NCBI RefSeq assembly: GCF_018977255.1
Contig: NW_024704743.1
Location: forward strand, 11,906,001-11,970,000
Source: Callorhinchus milii
Taxonomy: Eukaryota
DNA length: 64,000 bases
Direction of reading: 5' to 3'
Shown here: positions 63,021 through 64,000 of the stretch, piece by piece
Layout: each line of letters begins with the position of its first letter
Numbering within the stretch: position 1 is the stretch's first letter
The notes under the pieces: generated by a model
What the model was told of the DNA's origin: nothing
Databases searched by the model: none
What the model saw: only the letters and a program-made list of their open reading frames with translations
Translations under genes and position numbers: made by a program

Positions 63021-64000
63021 AGACTCCAAATTGCTATTTTCTGTGAAGCTATGGAATTCCCGATGGGATCACCTACGATTTATAAATACCAAAACCTTCT
63101 GGCTTTGATTTTCCACCAAGATCTGTAAAATTTGGACTGACCATTCCGTCAAGCGTACAGTGCTTCTGATTCCGGTTTAGGTCAAGACACCCATAACATT
63201 GCAGACTTAATTATCGGATTCATTTAATTAATGTGATTTTTGGACCTAGAGTGTAAACTTTGCAATTCTCAAATACTATAATAATAATCCTTGCATTTGA
63301 TACAGTGCCTCATCTTGTCAATGAGCTGTCTCAAAGCGCTTCACAGAATATATTGTAAAGTGTATTTTGTGGGTGAAATGCAACAGCTATTTACGCACAG
63401 CAGTGTCCCATAAACAGTCATAAATTGAATGACCACATTTTTTTTAGGAATTATTAACCCTGGATTGTGATCTGCCAAGTGCAGTCAAAAAGAAAGGTCT
63501 TAAGGTGGGTTTTAAATGTGAGGAACAAAGGGCTCTTCCAACCCCTGCTTTTCCCTCTGCCACTCTCCCTATGTCACACGTACAATATTTCTGCCTTTGC
63601 ATGTCTTTTTTTAGTACTGTAGAGAAATGAAATGGTTAACGTTGTCTTTTTTTTGATTGTTCAGAATGGTTCCTTGCTCTCTGGGTTCTAAATGATACTA
63701 ATCCTTGTATTCAATATAGTAGTGCCTTTCACATCAGGAGAATGTCTCCAAGTAGAATGATAGCCATGAAGTGAATGGCTAATTTTAACCGACGACATCT
63801 AATTCTCCCCGGGGGGTGGGTGGTGGTTGCCTAGGATGCTGGGAGAAGCTCCCTTTCCTACCTTTAACTCTTAATTTGAACTGAGTACTGTGCAGGCTAG
63901 TTATAAGGTGATGGTAGGGAGTCCGTAAAATCTCAGCTTGCCTTGTAATGAGGCCACAACAGCTGGTTTCACTGTGCGTGTGCTCAGCTCACTTCCTGTG

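Overview
Eukaryotic, repeat-dense vertebrate DNA. The repeat content (CR1 and L2 LINEs, Deu-domain SINEs, tRNA-Ala SINEs with an L2 tail) suggests a cartilaginous fish; this is an inference. I can support only one host coding exon, 37369-37530 (+). It has clean splice signals and encodes an N-terminus with an AT-hook (MSSEDRGVE...DRRPRGRPRKDG...KKK) that resembles the first coding exon of KMT2C/MLL3, although the paralog KMT2D is not excluded. The rest appears to be intronic or upstream sequence. It holds 5'-truncated CR1 and L2 LINEs, three SINE types sharing one 3' tail, a further non-LTR family with a C-terminal CCHC knuckle and poly(A), a TIR-bounded non-autonomous DNA element, G-rich minisatellites and microsatellite blocks, and a few repeat-free islands. 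Most long ORFs in the track are simple-repeat artefacts or LINE fragments. I find no CRISPR array or prokaryote-type system. The most interesting observations are the spliced start-codon exon and its inverted-SINE context, the modular SINE lineage, the MITE-like element and the nested-insertion chronology. Repeat boundaries are approximate and were read by eye.
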